Shown: piece by piece, positions 10,160 through 19,591 of the stretch
How the letters are laid out: each line of letters starts with the position of its first letter
Position numbering within the stretch: the first letter of the stretch is position 1
From: a cyanobacterium endosymbiont of Epithemia turgida isolate EtSB Lake Yunoko
GTDB taxonomy: Bacteria; Cyanobacteriota; Cyanobacteriia; Cyanobacteriales; Microcystaceae
Reading direction: 5' to 3'
Length of the DNA stretch: 32,000 nucleotides
Assembly: GCF_000829235.1 (NCBI RefSeq)
Contig: NZ_AP012549.1
Coordinates: 1,200,001-1,232,000 of the forward strand
Program-made: the position numbers and the translations under genes
Notes under the pieces: generated by a model
Seen by the model: only the letters and a program-made list of their open reading frames with translations
Told to the model about the DNA's origin: nothing
Databases searched by the model: none

Positions 10160-10390
10160 ATATTTTTTGAAAGTCTTAGTTCTTCCCCTCATGGAAAAAC
10201 CAGAAAATACTCTTCTTATCTTTCCATTTTCTTCTTTGTAGAGAGAGGTGATTATGACTCTTCTAGGCTGAGCATGATCTATCAGTAACCAACAACTTCC
10301 AAAACTCTTGTTATAAAAGAATTCTATAACCATAAAAACTTTATCAAGTAAGACTTTCAGCCTTTTTACTATAAATTTTTTATATAGCGA
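10160..10390 (-). pseudogene. Possible truncated relic of a Uma2/DUF820-family endonuclease gene
   Basis: The - strand frame reads ...KRLKVLLDKVFMVIEFFYNKSFGSCWLLIDHAQPRRVIITSLYKEENGKI. This resembles the C-terminal Y..aG(V/I).EYW(L/I)(V/I)D.....(V/I).(V/I)Y....G.Y block of Uma2 proteins. It is far too short, has no credible N-terminus, and its 3' end runs into the convergent NurA gene. Confidence 0.25.
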
Positions 10391-10438
10391 AACTAAAAAA
10401 GTCGTAATTACACATCTTTGAATATAAAGTGTCTGACT

Positions 10439-11002
10439 CTAAAAATCTTCTTTCAATCTATTTAACTCATCATCAAGTTCCCACTTTTGAAATTCAGCTT
10501 CCAGAGGATCAGTAGCCTTATTGTAGAAATATGAATTAATCTCTTGATTCCAACCAATATTACTGTAATTTTCCTTGGCGTAAGCCACTTGAGTTTGTGT
10601 AACTTGGTTTTGAACCTCTTGTTTACGTTTTTGAATTTGACGAAGTAGTTCTTTAGTTTTAATTATTTGTTGTTTTGCCCCTTGCATTTGTCCCCAAAGC
10701 TGATTTCCTTGACGCAATAAAGTTGCTTCTCTTTGTTGGGCAGGTTCTGCTAAATCTAAACGTCCGACTGCTATAGCTTTAGCAATTCTTCGGTGCCACC
10801 GTTGAATATCTTGAGCCACAGTCAAAATATTATTTTCTAAGTATTTTTTTTGTTTTTCTAATTCAATAATTAATCTTAGCGTTTCTTTTTCCTGTTCTCG
10901 TAGTTGTTCCAGAAAAGCTTGTAACTCTAGATGAGGATTATTCCTGAGGAATTCTTCAAGTTGTGTTTCGAGAAATTGACTGAAATTTTCAAAAATATTC
11001 AT
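10439..11002 (-). CDS. Conserved-looking coiled-coil protein of unknown function
   Basis: The 187-aa ORF is rich in Q, E, L and K with heptad character (LEQLREQEKETLRLIIELEKQKKYLENNI...). It has a clean ATG start and a non-spacer composition. I recognise no enzymatic motif. Confidence 0.65.
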   Translation of the reverse strand: MNIFENFSQFLETQLEEFLRNNPHLELQAFLEQLREQEKETLRLIIELEKQKKYLENNILTVAQDIQRWHRRIAKAIAVGRLDLAEPAQQREATLLRQGNQLWGQMQGAKQQIIKTKELLRQIQKRKQEVQNQVTQTQVAYAKENYSNIGWNQEINSYFYNKATDPLEAEFQKWELDDELNRLKEDF

Positions 11003-11871
11003 ACAACTATTAACTAATTTAAAATTTTTACTCTACTTCAAGATAGCGTGTTTGCCCCTTAGGATAAATAACTACTTTCTAATTTTGTACTTCCATCAAT
11101 ATACAACCACTTATTTCAATAGACTCTTTAAGCAAGAAACACTGGCTAATACCATTATTGAGTAAAGAAGATAGAGAGATGATGTGTTTTATTTGAATAA
11201 TCCCACTAACTTGTAGGCAGAATTTTTTATGGCAGTCAATACTGATAAAATTGCCACCGAACTTGATCACTTATAAAGTTTTTTACCCAATATTGAGTGA
11301 GATACAAACCTAGGGCGAAGAAGTTGGTGATCGATTTGGAATAGGAATAGGAGTGACAGAAGACAGGGAAATAATTAGAGATGATGCTTTTTCTGAGAAA
11401 GATTCCTGTGACAGATAGACACTTGATTATTAGACTTAACTGGAATTTGAGGATTAGGTTTTGTATCAATAACCTTCATGGACTACTCTAGATACGCAAT
11501 AAACTGAGTATAAGCTGGGGATAAAAGACTCAAAATCGTCTTTTATTCTTGGTAATTAGAAAGAAAATAAATAACTGTAGCTGAACCAACCATAATACTA
11601 CTAAAATAAAACAGGTTTAATCTACTTTAAAGAGTATTTTCCCAAATTCTATAGTATAAAACGACCGCTTTTAATTGGATTCACAAGTTTTCTTCACAGT
11701 CTTACTGGATCTATTTTTGATTAAGCAATTAAACATAAATGAACAACACTATGTTAGGAACTATTAAGAAAATAGTAATTCATGAGAGCTGATAATCATT
11801 TAGGATTTCAAAAGAAAAATAAAATTTAAATTAAGTTCCGAAAAAATATGTAAATTTCAAAAAAGAGACAA

Positions 11872-11925
11872 AAATAAGGATTAAAAAATGAATGAGTTCT
11901 CTCATTCATTTTTTAATCCTTATTT
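11872..11925 (-). terminator. 54-nt perfect hairpin (25-bp stem, 4-nt loop) downstream of the M23 peptidase gene; candidate intrinsic terminator
   Basis: AAATAAGGATTAAAAAATGAATGAG (11872-11896) and CTCATTCATTTTTTAATCCTTATTT (11901-11925) are exact reverse complements around the loop ttct. On the - strand it starts 69 nt after the stop codon and is followed by TTGTCTCTTTTTTG. Confidence 0.45.
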
Positions 11926-11994
11926 AGAGTTACTGACTTATTGTTAAACGAAAATAGATCAATTCCATCCCAATACAATCATTCACCTAAAATT

Positions 11995-12648
11995 CTAGTC
12001 CTCAACTCGCCATTCTCTATTGCCCATCCTAGGCAATCTACTATTAGGAACTTCTAACTGTGAAGGACGAGTGCGAGGATTTCTACGAACATTAGTGACC
12101 CCATCAGGTTCAGGTAAAAAGGCAATAGGATCAACCGGCATTTTTCCCTTAGGGTGAATTTCAAAATGTAAATGGGGCCCAGTGCTATTGCCAGTACTTC
12201 CCATTTCAGCAATTTGTTGTCCTTGTTCAACTTGTTGTCCGCGACGAACTAAAAGCCGACGGTTATGTCCGTAAAAACTGATGCTACCGTCAGGATGACG
12301 TAATTTTACCAAAATTCCGTAGCCTTGAGAATTCCATCCGGCTGAAATCACTACTCCGGTAGCGGCTGCAAAAATCGGGGTTCCCATTGGTCCTGCAATG
12401 TCAATTCCTTCGTGCATATTGCCGTAACGTATTCCAAAACCAGAAGTCATTCGCCCCTGAGTTGGCCAAATATAACCTGTAGATATTTGAGGATTTTTCA
12501 GTTTATACCGGTTAGAGGTATTGGGAGAAAATTTTATCCTACCGTTTGAGTCTCCCGACGCTTCAACTATATTGTTACAAAATACGGATAGGAGCAAGCT
12601 AACACTCGTTAGAGCTAATCCCGGAGATAATCGTTTCATATGTTTCAA
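11995..12648 (-). CDS. M23 family metallopeptidase (peptidoglycan DD-endopeptidase type), secreted
   Basis: The 217-aa ORF has an N-terminal signal-like segment (LALTSVSLLLSVFC) and the M23 zinc motifs HEGIDIAGPMGTPI and GSTGNSTGPHLHFEI. Confidence 0.9.
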   Translation of the reverse strand: MKHMKRLSPGLALTSVSLLLSVFCNNIVEASGDSNGRIKFSPNTSNRYKLKNPQISTGYIWPTQGRMTSGFGIRYGNMHEGIDIAGPMGTPIFAAATGVVISAGWNSQGYGILVKLRHPDGSISFYGHNRRLLVRRGQQVEQGQQIAEMGSTGNSTGPHLHFEIHPKGKMPVDPIAFLPEPDGVTNVRRNPRTRPSQLEVPNSRLPRMGNREWRVED

Positions 12649-13386
12649 GAGAAATTCAAGTCTTATGAGTAAGAAGGTTTTGTTAAAAACTTTAAAATGT
12701 TGTGAAATTACTTTACTTGATATATGTCAGAACGTAAAGGCCGCAATAATGGCTGACCTGTTTCATACATAAAACCTATGCAATTCTTTAGAAAAGTATT
12801 CATCTTAAATTCATGGTACAACCTAGAAAGTTAACTTCTTTTCATCTTTTATGAAGCGCACTTAAAAGGGTTAATTTTACCTCTAAACGGAGTGTCTAAT
12901 TTTTTGTCAAAATATCTCTTTGATTACATATAATCAAAGAGAAGGAAGATAACTCGTCTGAAGAAAGCCAACAGTTACAACTTTGGGATACTCTTCCTCA
13001 GTTTTCAGAAAAGATAAAGATTCTCAAGTAAATTGTTGTGAACAATGATGCTCAAGAGTTACTTTAAATCAAACTCTATTACAATTTCAATACAAACACT
13101 AATCAGAGACATTAGCCTTAATTTATTTATGAACTACAATGGGCGATTACCTAACAGTTTAAGTGATTTTTATCTATTCAATAAGATAGAAATTGATAGT
13201 AGTCGTTTCATTGATCGTGATACTATGTTATCCCTACAATTAAGATAATTCTAGAATAGCTTACCTAGTGTTGATGATTGCTTGCAGAGATATACCGGAC
13301 GGATAAAAGTCTAAGACATGGAGAGTGTTCTAACTGTCGTATCGCCCCCTATGATTGGGTTGAAAAAACCTCATTTATAATGCTCA

Positions 13387-13869
13387 TTAAGGATAAAGAT
13401 GATTTCGACGAATTTCTTCTAATAATCCTCCACAAGCATCTAATAATAAATCAATTACCTTATCAAACCTTGCTTGATTTCCATAATAAGGGTCAAGAAT
13501 TTGTTTTTCGTTGTATTGTGTCATAAACTCAGATATCAAACGGACTTTATTCTTATACACTCCTTGAGAATCAAGAGCTAAAATATTTTGATGATTTTCT
13601 TGATCCATTGCTAAAATCAGGTCAAACTGTTTAAAGTCGAACCAATCAAATTGCCTAGCCCTACCCCGAAACTCAATTCCCCGATTCAGTGCAGCAGATT
13701 TCATTCTACGATCTGGGGCGGCGCCAATATGGTAACTTGATGTTCCCGCCGAATCACAAATAATCTGATCTTCTAGATTCGCTTCTTTGATTAGGTGGTT
13801 CATAATATTCTCCGCTGCCGGAGAGCGACAAATATTACCAAGACAGACAAACAGCAATCTGTATACCAT
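13387..13869 (-). CDS. Low-molecular-weight protein tyrosine phosphatase
   Basis: The 160-aa ORF has the P-loop LFVCLGNICRSPAAE (CX5R-S) near the N-terminus and a DPYYG motif near the C-terminus. The length is typical for the family. Confidence 0.93.
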   Translation of the reverse strand: MVYRLLFVCLGNICRSPAAENIMNHLIKEANLEDQIICDSAGTSSYHIGAAPDRRMKSAALNRGIEFRGRARQFDWFDFKQFDLILAMDQENHQNILALDSQGVYKNKVRLISEFMTQYNEKQILDPYYGNQARFDKVIDLLLDACGGLLEEIRRNHLYP

Positions 13870-14018
13870 GAAGTTTACATCTCAAATACCTTAAGACGAC
13901 GATTATAACTGAATTTCAACCAGGATACCCTAGATTACATGCTAGATAATGACCCTGATCCACTACTAAGGTTTAATCACAAAATTTATGCCCTTATTTC
14001 TTAGAGGAAAATTTTCAA

Positions 14019-15428
14019 ATGTTGAATTTACTTAAGAAAACTAGTTCTTCCAGTTCCTATTACAACAATTCCTACAATAAAAAGCCCAATCGCTTCCCTA
14101 AAATTTTCTTATTTTTTCTACTTCTTGCTTGCCCCCTTTTAATTATCCTTTTGGAATTTTTAGCTCAAGCTTATTTAGGAATAACAGGTAAAGATAACAA
14201 TATAGATGGTAAGTCACCTTTAATAAGAGCCTATCAGCTTAACTTTCTGACCGCTAATAAACAACCAATAGAAGGATTGACTGACGGAGGAGATTTAGTA
14301 GTTAAGCGCAGTCCTACCCTAGGTTATGAACTCATAAGTCCTCAAAAAGGAAAATTTTGGCAAATCAATGAACAAGGGGTACGTGATAGTGAGCCTCTAC
14401 CCTTAGCAAAACCAGAGAATGAAATTCGGATTTTTATTTTAGGAGGGTCTACTGCTTTTGGACAGTTGAATGCTAATAATCAGGCTACCATTAGCCATTA
14501 CCTTGAAGCTCGTCTTAAACAACGAGTTAAACAACAAAAAAGTTCTCCGGCTCAATACCGTCCTGATATTTTTCCGTTCTTTGCCCCCACTAGACGACAA
14601 TTAACAAAATTACCCCCTAAAATTCGTGAGGGTAATTATCGAGTTATTAATGCCGCGGTCCCAGGATATACTTCAGGAAATCAATTAGCTAAATTAGCCC
14701 TGAGAATTCTACTTTATCAACCAGATCTAATTGTGGTCTTGGATGGTTATGGAGATTTGATGTTACAAAGTAGTCAACCTAAAGCTGATATCCCCTATAT
14801 TGACGATTTTTTAGCCGATGCCAAGGGTTATTTTCGTGATTCTTTAGATTTTTCTTTTACTCAATGGCTAGAAAGTACAGCATTAATGAAAACATTCAAT
14901 TCTTTTACCCCTCAATCTTCTGTTTCTTTAGACCAAACTAGTTTAGCTCTTAATAATGATGGTAAATCTCTCAAGTCCTATTTGCCTCATGATATTGAAG
15001 AATTGAAACGTCGGGTTAACCGTTATGGAGAAAATCATAAACAGTTAATTAAGTTATCTGCACGATGGGGAATTCCTGTTGTGTTAGCCATTCAACCAGA
15101 AATTACCTCTCGTAGTATGGATAAACTTTCAGCTGAAGAAAAGGCTATTCTCAATCATTTGGGAAAGGATTATCTTAAAAACTTTCCTCAAGCTTATAGT
15201 GAATTAGTAAAAGTAAGTCAAGACTTGGCTAAAGCATTTCCAACAAATGTAAAAGTCATTAATTTTTACCAGAGTAATTCTTCTTTTCCTACTCCGATGT
15301 TCTATGACACTATCCATCTAACGGAGCAATCTAATAAGGTAATGGCAGAAAAGCTTTATCATGCAATTACTGCTTGGGAAAAAATACAGATCATTCCCCA
15401 ATATTTTTATCTCAATACAAGCCGTTAA
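14019..15428 (+). CDS. Membrane-anchored SGNH/GDSL-like hydrolase family protein (function uncertain)
   Basis: The 469-aa ORF has an N-terminal Ser/Asn/Tyr-rich segment and then one TM helix (IFLFFLLLACPLLIILLEFLA). It has a block I-like IFILGGSTAFG, a block III-like NAAVPGYTSGNQ and a block V-like YDTIHLTE (DxxH). Confidence 0.55.
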   Translation: MLNLLKKTSSSSSYYNNSYNKKPNRFPKIFLFFLLLACPLLIILLEFLAQAYLGITGKDNNIDGKSPLIRAYQLNFLTANKQPIEGLTDGGDLVVKRSPTLGYELISPQKGKFWQINEQGVRDSEPLPLAKPENEIRIFILGGSTAFGQLNANNQATISHYLEARLKQRVKQQKSSPAQYRPDIFPFFAPTRRQLTKLPPKIREGNYRVINAAVPGYTSGNQLAKLALRILLYQPDLIVVLDGYGDLMLQSSQPKADIPYIDDFLADAKGYFRDSLDFSFTQWLESTALMKTFNSFTPQSSVSLDQTSLALNNDGKSLKSYLPHDIEELKRRVNRYGENHKQLIKLSARWGIPVVLAIQPEITSRSMDKLSAEEKAILNHLGKDYLKNFPQAYSELVKVSQDLAKAFPTNVKVINFYQSNSSFPTPMFYDTIHLTEQSNKVMAEKLYHAITAWEKIQIIPQYFYLNTSR

Positions 15429-16230
15429 TTTAGAAAAATTATAGATTATGGAATGAATTACCCCAATTTACTGCCAAAAGTTGAGGTTGATAGATTTATG
15501 AAAAAGCATCTAAAATTTATATATTGCATCAAGATAAATAGACTTAATAAAAAGAACAATTTTTAAACCAGTTATTATCACAATATAACCTTATTTTCCA
15601 GCTGATATGAGAGGGGTTTAAAAAAAGATATTAATGGTTCGGTTTTAGTAATCTACTATTAAATGAACATGATGAAGGCTATTTTTGATAATCTTACTAA
15701 GATTATAGGAGTTATTTATTTAACTGGATTATTAGGTTATGTAAAAAAACTTTTTTGTATTAAATAACAATATTGTGTTTTCTAACCTTCTCTATGCTTG
15801 ATGACCAGACCATTACTATATTCTTGCCATACAAGGTTATTTTGAGGAGATTAATCAATAGTTAATTAATAAATAATTTTATCTCAAGTCCGTTTAGTTT
15901 ATCTAAGAACAGCAACTAAAATCTTTGCTACTGTGTCTATTTATTTTAAATTGGTAATTTAAAATTTATTCCTTTAGGTAAATAATAAATTAAGTTTATC
16001 GTTTACAGTTAAGAGCAATTTTGTCTTAGTTATCCTCAATATCAATCTTATAAAAGACAAATCGATTTCGTCCTAATTTAAAGTTAATGAGTAACCCCAT
16101 CTGCAAACTATGATTATAATCTAAAAAAATTAAATATTTTCAAAAAGTTAATAGACATAAAATTAAATACAGAATTTACTAATTTTTATAATTTTTGATT
16201 ACTTTAACTGAAAATGTTAACTATCAACTA

Positions 16231-16995
16231 TCAATTTCCTGTTAACTTCAATATTACAACTCCGCCAAAATATAGCCCTAACACAGCGGTAGCTAATAAA
16301 GATTGGGTTAACGGATCGGTAGAAGGAGTTAAAACAGCTCCCAAAATAACAGAACTTAAAACAATTATACGCCATCCTTTAAGCATTTGTTTTGAAGAAA
16401 CAACTCCAAGAAAACCCAAAATTAATTGAATAATAGGAATTTGAAAAGCAAGCCCAGTACTAAACATCAATAGTAAAATGAACTCAAAATAGCGATCAAT
16501 TGACCAAGACTGTGCAACAATATCAGCTCCATAATTGATAAAAAACTGTAATGTAGCAGGAATTAATGCCCAATAAGCAAAAGCTAATCCAACTAAGAAT
16601 AAAACACTTGAACCTAAAACGACAAGACCTAATAAACGACGCTCTCGACGGGTTAAACCGGGTAAAATAAATTGAAGAATTTGGTAGAGAATAAAGGGAC
16701 TCGATATCAAAAATCCACTATATCCAGCAACTTTGATCGATACAAAAAAAAATTCTCCTGGAGCTAATTGCAAAAATTTAACATCTTGAGCCGGAAACTG
16801 CAACCATTGCACTAAGGGTTTTACAAAAATAAAACAGCCAATTATTCCAATAACAACTGCAATTAATCCATAAAAAATCCGTTTACGCAATTCCTCAAGA
16901 TGGTCAAATAAGGACATTTCTACATCATTGGGAATTTCGTCGAGATAAGTCTGTTGATCGGTCATAGATGGAGTTTTAGTGTCTATTATAGCCAT
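16231..16995 (-). CDS. tatC: Twin-arginine translocase subunit TatC
   Basis: The 254-aa polytopic ORF has the TatC N-terminal signature [18 protein letters not shown], followed by six hydrophobic segments and a PSTDP motif. Confidence 0.93.
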   Translation of the reverse strand: MAIIDTKTPSMTDQQTYLDEIPNDVEMSLFDHLEELRKRIFYGLIAVVIGIIGCFIFVKPLVQWLQFPAQDVKFLQLAPGEFFFVSIKVAGYSGFLISSPFILYQILQFILPGLTRRERRLLGLVVLGSSVLFLVGLAFAYWALIPATLQFFINYGADIVAQSWSIDRYFEFILLLMFSTGLAFQIPIIQLILGFLGVVSSKQMLKGWRIIVLSSVILGAVLTPSTDPLTQSLLATAVLGLYFGGVVILKLTGN

Positions 16996-17471
16996 AATAT
17001 GAAATTTATGATCATAATATAATTATTGCTTTACTATTTTAGTTCGTCATGACTTGGGTATAAATTCTCATCTATGTAAATATCTATCAGTCAAATTTTA
17101 TAAAAAGCTTAAAATTCTATTTTAGAAAAAGAAGAATATCATCATTACTTATGAATAAGTTAACCCCAGCATCTCCTGATATAGAACTAAAAGTATGGAC
17201 TTATGTACCAAAATTGTGCCTAAATTGAAGAGAATATACCTTAACTATTATCGATGTTGGCTATAGAAATAAATTACCATGAATAAATTATGTATGCAAT
17301 TACTCCTTAACTAACTATGTAGCACAATCAATAGTATTACTGCTGAAGCAGCGATGGAGTTGTCTTAAACCGGATTGACGTTGTGGAAATCATTGGTAGT
17401 TTTGCTGCTTAAAAGACGGCTGGCTATTTTGTTATAAACTAAATTTCTAGTCTATTCCAATCAAGTTAAGT

Positions 17472-18800
17472 TTAATTATTAATATTATTACATACTTCAG
17501 TCAAAGAATAAATTACATCATCAGCTAGTAATTCTAATATTTCTTGACTAATAGAAGGTTGGGAAACAGTAAAATTAAGAGTCATTTTCTCATTAAATGT
17601 TGTAACAGCAACTGTAAATATCTTATCAAAAACAACATTAGACGGAACAAAACTGATTTCTTCTAAAGTTAATTTTCCTTTAATTTCAGGAAGCTTAATT
17701 TTACCAATATTTGTGACTGAAACTGTTGCGAAACTTGTCTCCGAATTAACCAAGAAATTTGCTATAATTCTGGGTAGTACTAATAAAGGTTTAAACATAT
17801 CTTTTCTATTTAACCCTTTATTAATTTGTCGAGTAACATCTCTGGCTAATTCCCAAAATGAAATTTCTAATTTTAAGGTATGAAAAGATATTAAAAATGA
17901 GATGAACATTCCCATCTTTTCCGGGGAAATTTCTGGTTTAATTCTACGCCGTAAATCTATATAGGAAGCACAGGAAATATTCACTTGTCTAAAATTATTT
18001 TCCCTGATCTTATTGGCAACTGCAATCAACATCGCTGAACATAAAGCTCCGTGAACTTTTGTCTTTTCTAGTTGACATAGTTTTATCAATTTTTTTGTAT
18101 GTTCTGGAGATAAATATCGTTGAGTTATTCCACAAGTACGTAACTCAATAGCTACATTTTTTTCAGATTTTAATGATTGTATCTGATAGACAAACATCTT
18201 GATTCTAAGCATAGCCAAAAAACAAATACTATTAATTATATTTATTTGATTTTTAATCCATTGTTGAACAAAGGAATTATTTAAGGATAAGAGGGGAGAT
18301 ACTATAGATAAATTAGAATTTAATTCTAATTGGTTTTCTGAAGCAATAATTTGACAATAATTAAATATCTCTGCTTGAAGTCTCACAGATGATAATCCAT
18401 CTGATATAGCATGATGTATAGTCGTGATTAGATATTTTATCTCCGGTTCTTTTTTATTTAAAATAAATAAACATCTCAACAGACATTTGTTACTTTCTAA
18501 TGGAGTATTTAATTCTTTTAAAATAAGATTATTTAAAACAATATCTTCCTCTAGGTAAAGAGTGTTTAAAGGAATTTTATGGATTTTTTTAGAAGTAAAA
18601 TATAAATTATCTAAAGTACCTACAATTCGATAATCTAGATAGGGATAATTAGATTGAACTAAATCTAAAGCTTTTCTTATAATTCCTTTATTAATATCAC
18701 CTTTGATACGACTTATGATGATTATATTTAATGAGCCTCCGTAGCGATTTAAAACTTCCATCACTTGTTCGTTAGGACTTAACTTTTTCGGTCTAGGCAT
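17472..18800 (-). CDS. Stand-alone condensation-domain / PapA5-like acyltransferase family protein
   Basis: The 442-aa ORF has the catalytic HHxxxDG motif as HHAISDG (residues 129-135, nt 18396-18416) at the position expected in NRPS C-domains and PapA5/WS-DGAT-type acyltransferases. No adenylation or carrier domain lies in or next to it. GC is about 25 percent in a hand-counted 100-nt sample. Confidence 0.7.
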   Translation of the reverse strand: MPRPKKLSPNEQVMEVLNRYGGSLNIIIISRIKGDINKGIIRKALDLVQSNYPYLDYRIVGTLDNLYFTSKKIHKIPLNTLYLEEDIVLNNLILKELNTPLESNKCLLRCLFILNKKEPEIKYLITTIHHAISDGLSSVRLQAEIFNYCQIIASENQLELNSNLSIVSPLLSLNNSFVQQWIKNQINIINSICFLAMLRIKMFVYQIQSLKSEKNVAIELRTCGITQRYLSPEHTKKLIKLCQLEKTKVHGALCSAMLIAVANKIRENNFRQVNISCASYIDLRRRIKPEISPEKMGMFISFLISFHTLKLEISFWELARDVTRQINKGLNRKDMFKPLLVLPRIIANFLVNSETSFATVSVTNIGKIKLPEIKGKLTLEEISFVPSNVVFDKIFTVAVTTFNEKMTLNFTVSQPSISQEILELLADDVIYSLTEVCNNINN

Positions 18801-18901
18801 AACAGTTAATCACTCATTAAGTTAATAATGACTATTTTAAGTGATTAAAGCGCATCTAAAATAATGTACTATCCATAGATATATCCTTAAATGATGAAAG
18901 A

Positions 18902-19591
18902 ATGCATTTATTAATTCCGGCAGCAGGATTGGGAAAACGGATGGGAAGCGATCGCAACAAACTTCTCCTGAGTCTATTAGGAAAACCATTATTAACTTGG
19001 ACACTTCTGGCGGCTGAAGCTTCTGAAAAAATTCGCTGGATCGGTATTATTGGCAAATCCTATGACTTTCCTAGTTTTCAGAAAATTCTGACCAATCTTT
19101 CTGTGACTAAACCAGTAGAATTAATCCAAGGAGGCGAAACTCGTCAAAAATCAGTTTATAATGGATTGCAGGCTTTATCTATAGAGGTACAAAAAATATT
19201 AATCCATGATGGAGCAAGATGTTTAGCTACTCCACAACTGTTTGATCGTTGTGCTGAGGAATTGTTAACATGTCAGGGATTAATTACAGCTATTCCCATT
19301 AAAGACACCATTAAAGTTGTTGATCAGCATAAATTTATTCAAAATACCCTGAATAGATCTCAACTATGGGCAGCTCAAACCCCCCAAGGATTTGATGTTA
19401 AACTCCTAAAAAAATGTCATGAAAAAGGACGTAGTTCAGATTGGGAAGTTACCGATGATTCAGCTTTATTTGAAAAGTGTAAGTTACCTGTAAAAATCAT
19501 AGAGGGGGAAGAAACAAACTTGAAAGTAACAACTCCAATTGACTTAATAATTGCTGAATTTATTCTCAATAATAACTTGGGAAGATCTTGA
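18902..19591 (+). CDS. ispD: 2-C-methyl-D-erythritol 4-phosphate cytidylyltransferase
   Basis: The 229-aa ORF has the N-terminal LIPAAGLGKRMGSDRNKLLL motif, plus IHDGARC and AQTPQGF, all canonical IspD blocks. It contains the only HIP1 octamer in the window. Confidence 0.95.
   Translation: MHLLIPAAGLGKRMGSDRNKLLLSLLGKPLLTWTLLAAEASEKIRWIGIIGKSYDFPSFQKILTNLSVTKPVELIQGGETRQKSVYNGLQALSIEVQKILIHDGARCLATPQLFDRCAEELLTCQGLITAIPIKDTIKVVDQHKFIQNTLNRSQLWAAQTPQGFDVKLLKKCHEKGRSSDWEVTDDSALFEKCKLPVKIIEGEETNLKVTTPIDLIIAEFILNNNLGRS

Noticed and set aside
12915-12942. Perfect 12-bp-stem hairpins (TCTCTTTGATTA-cata-TAATCAAAGAGA here, and TGTTAGTTCTAG-gtttt-CTAGAACTAACA at 26599-26627)
   Set aside because: Stems of 12 bp are near chance expectation in AT-rich sequence, about one per window, and neither lies directly after an intact gene. 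They are noted but not called as terminators.
12521-13526. ORFs 12521-12772, 13045-13248 and 13278-13526 on the + strand
   Set aside because: The first is antisense to the M23 signal-peptide region and the last overlaps the LMW-PTP 3' end. The middle one is Asn/Ser/Ile low-complexity spacer translation. None has a recognisable motif.
16214-16429. 71-codon ORF antisense to the 3' end of tatC
   Set aside because: It is a shadow ORF on the opposite strand of a strongly supported membrane-protein gene, with no motif and no start context.
18948-18955. HIP1 (GCGATCGC) considered as an over-represented repeat
   Set aside because: Only a single copy occurs in 32 kb, inside ispD. It is useful as a weak lineage hint but not a repeat feature here.
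18856-19056. 66-codon ORF antisense to the ispD 5' region
   Set aside because: It overlaps the canonical IspD N-terminal motif region on the other strand and is Arg/Ser/Pro-rich shadow sequence.
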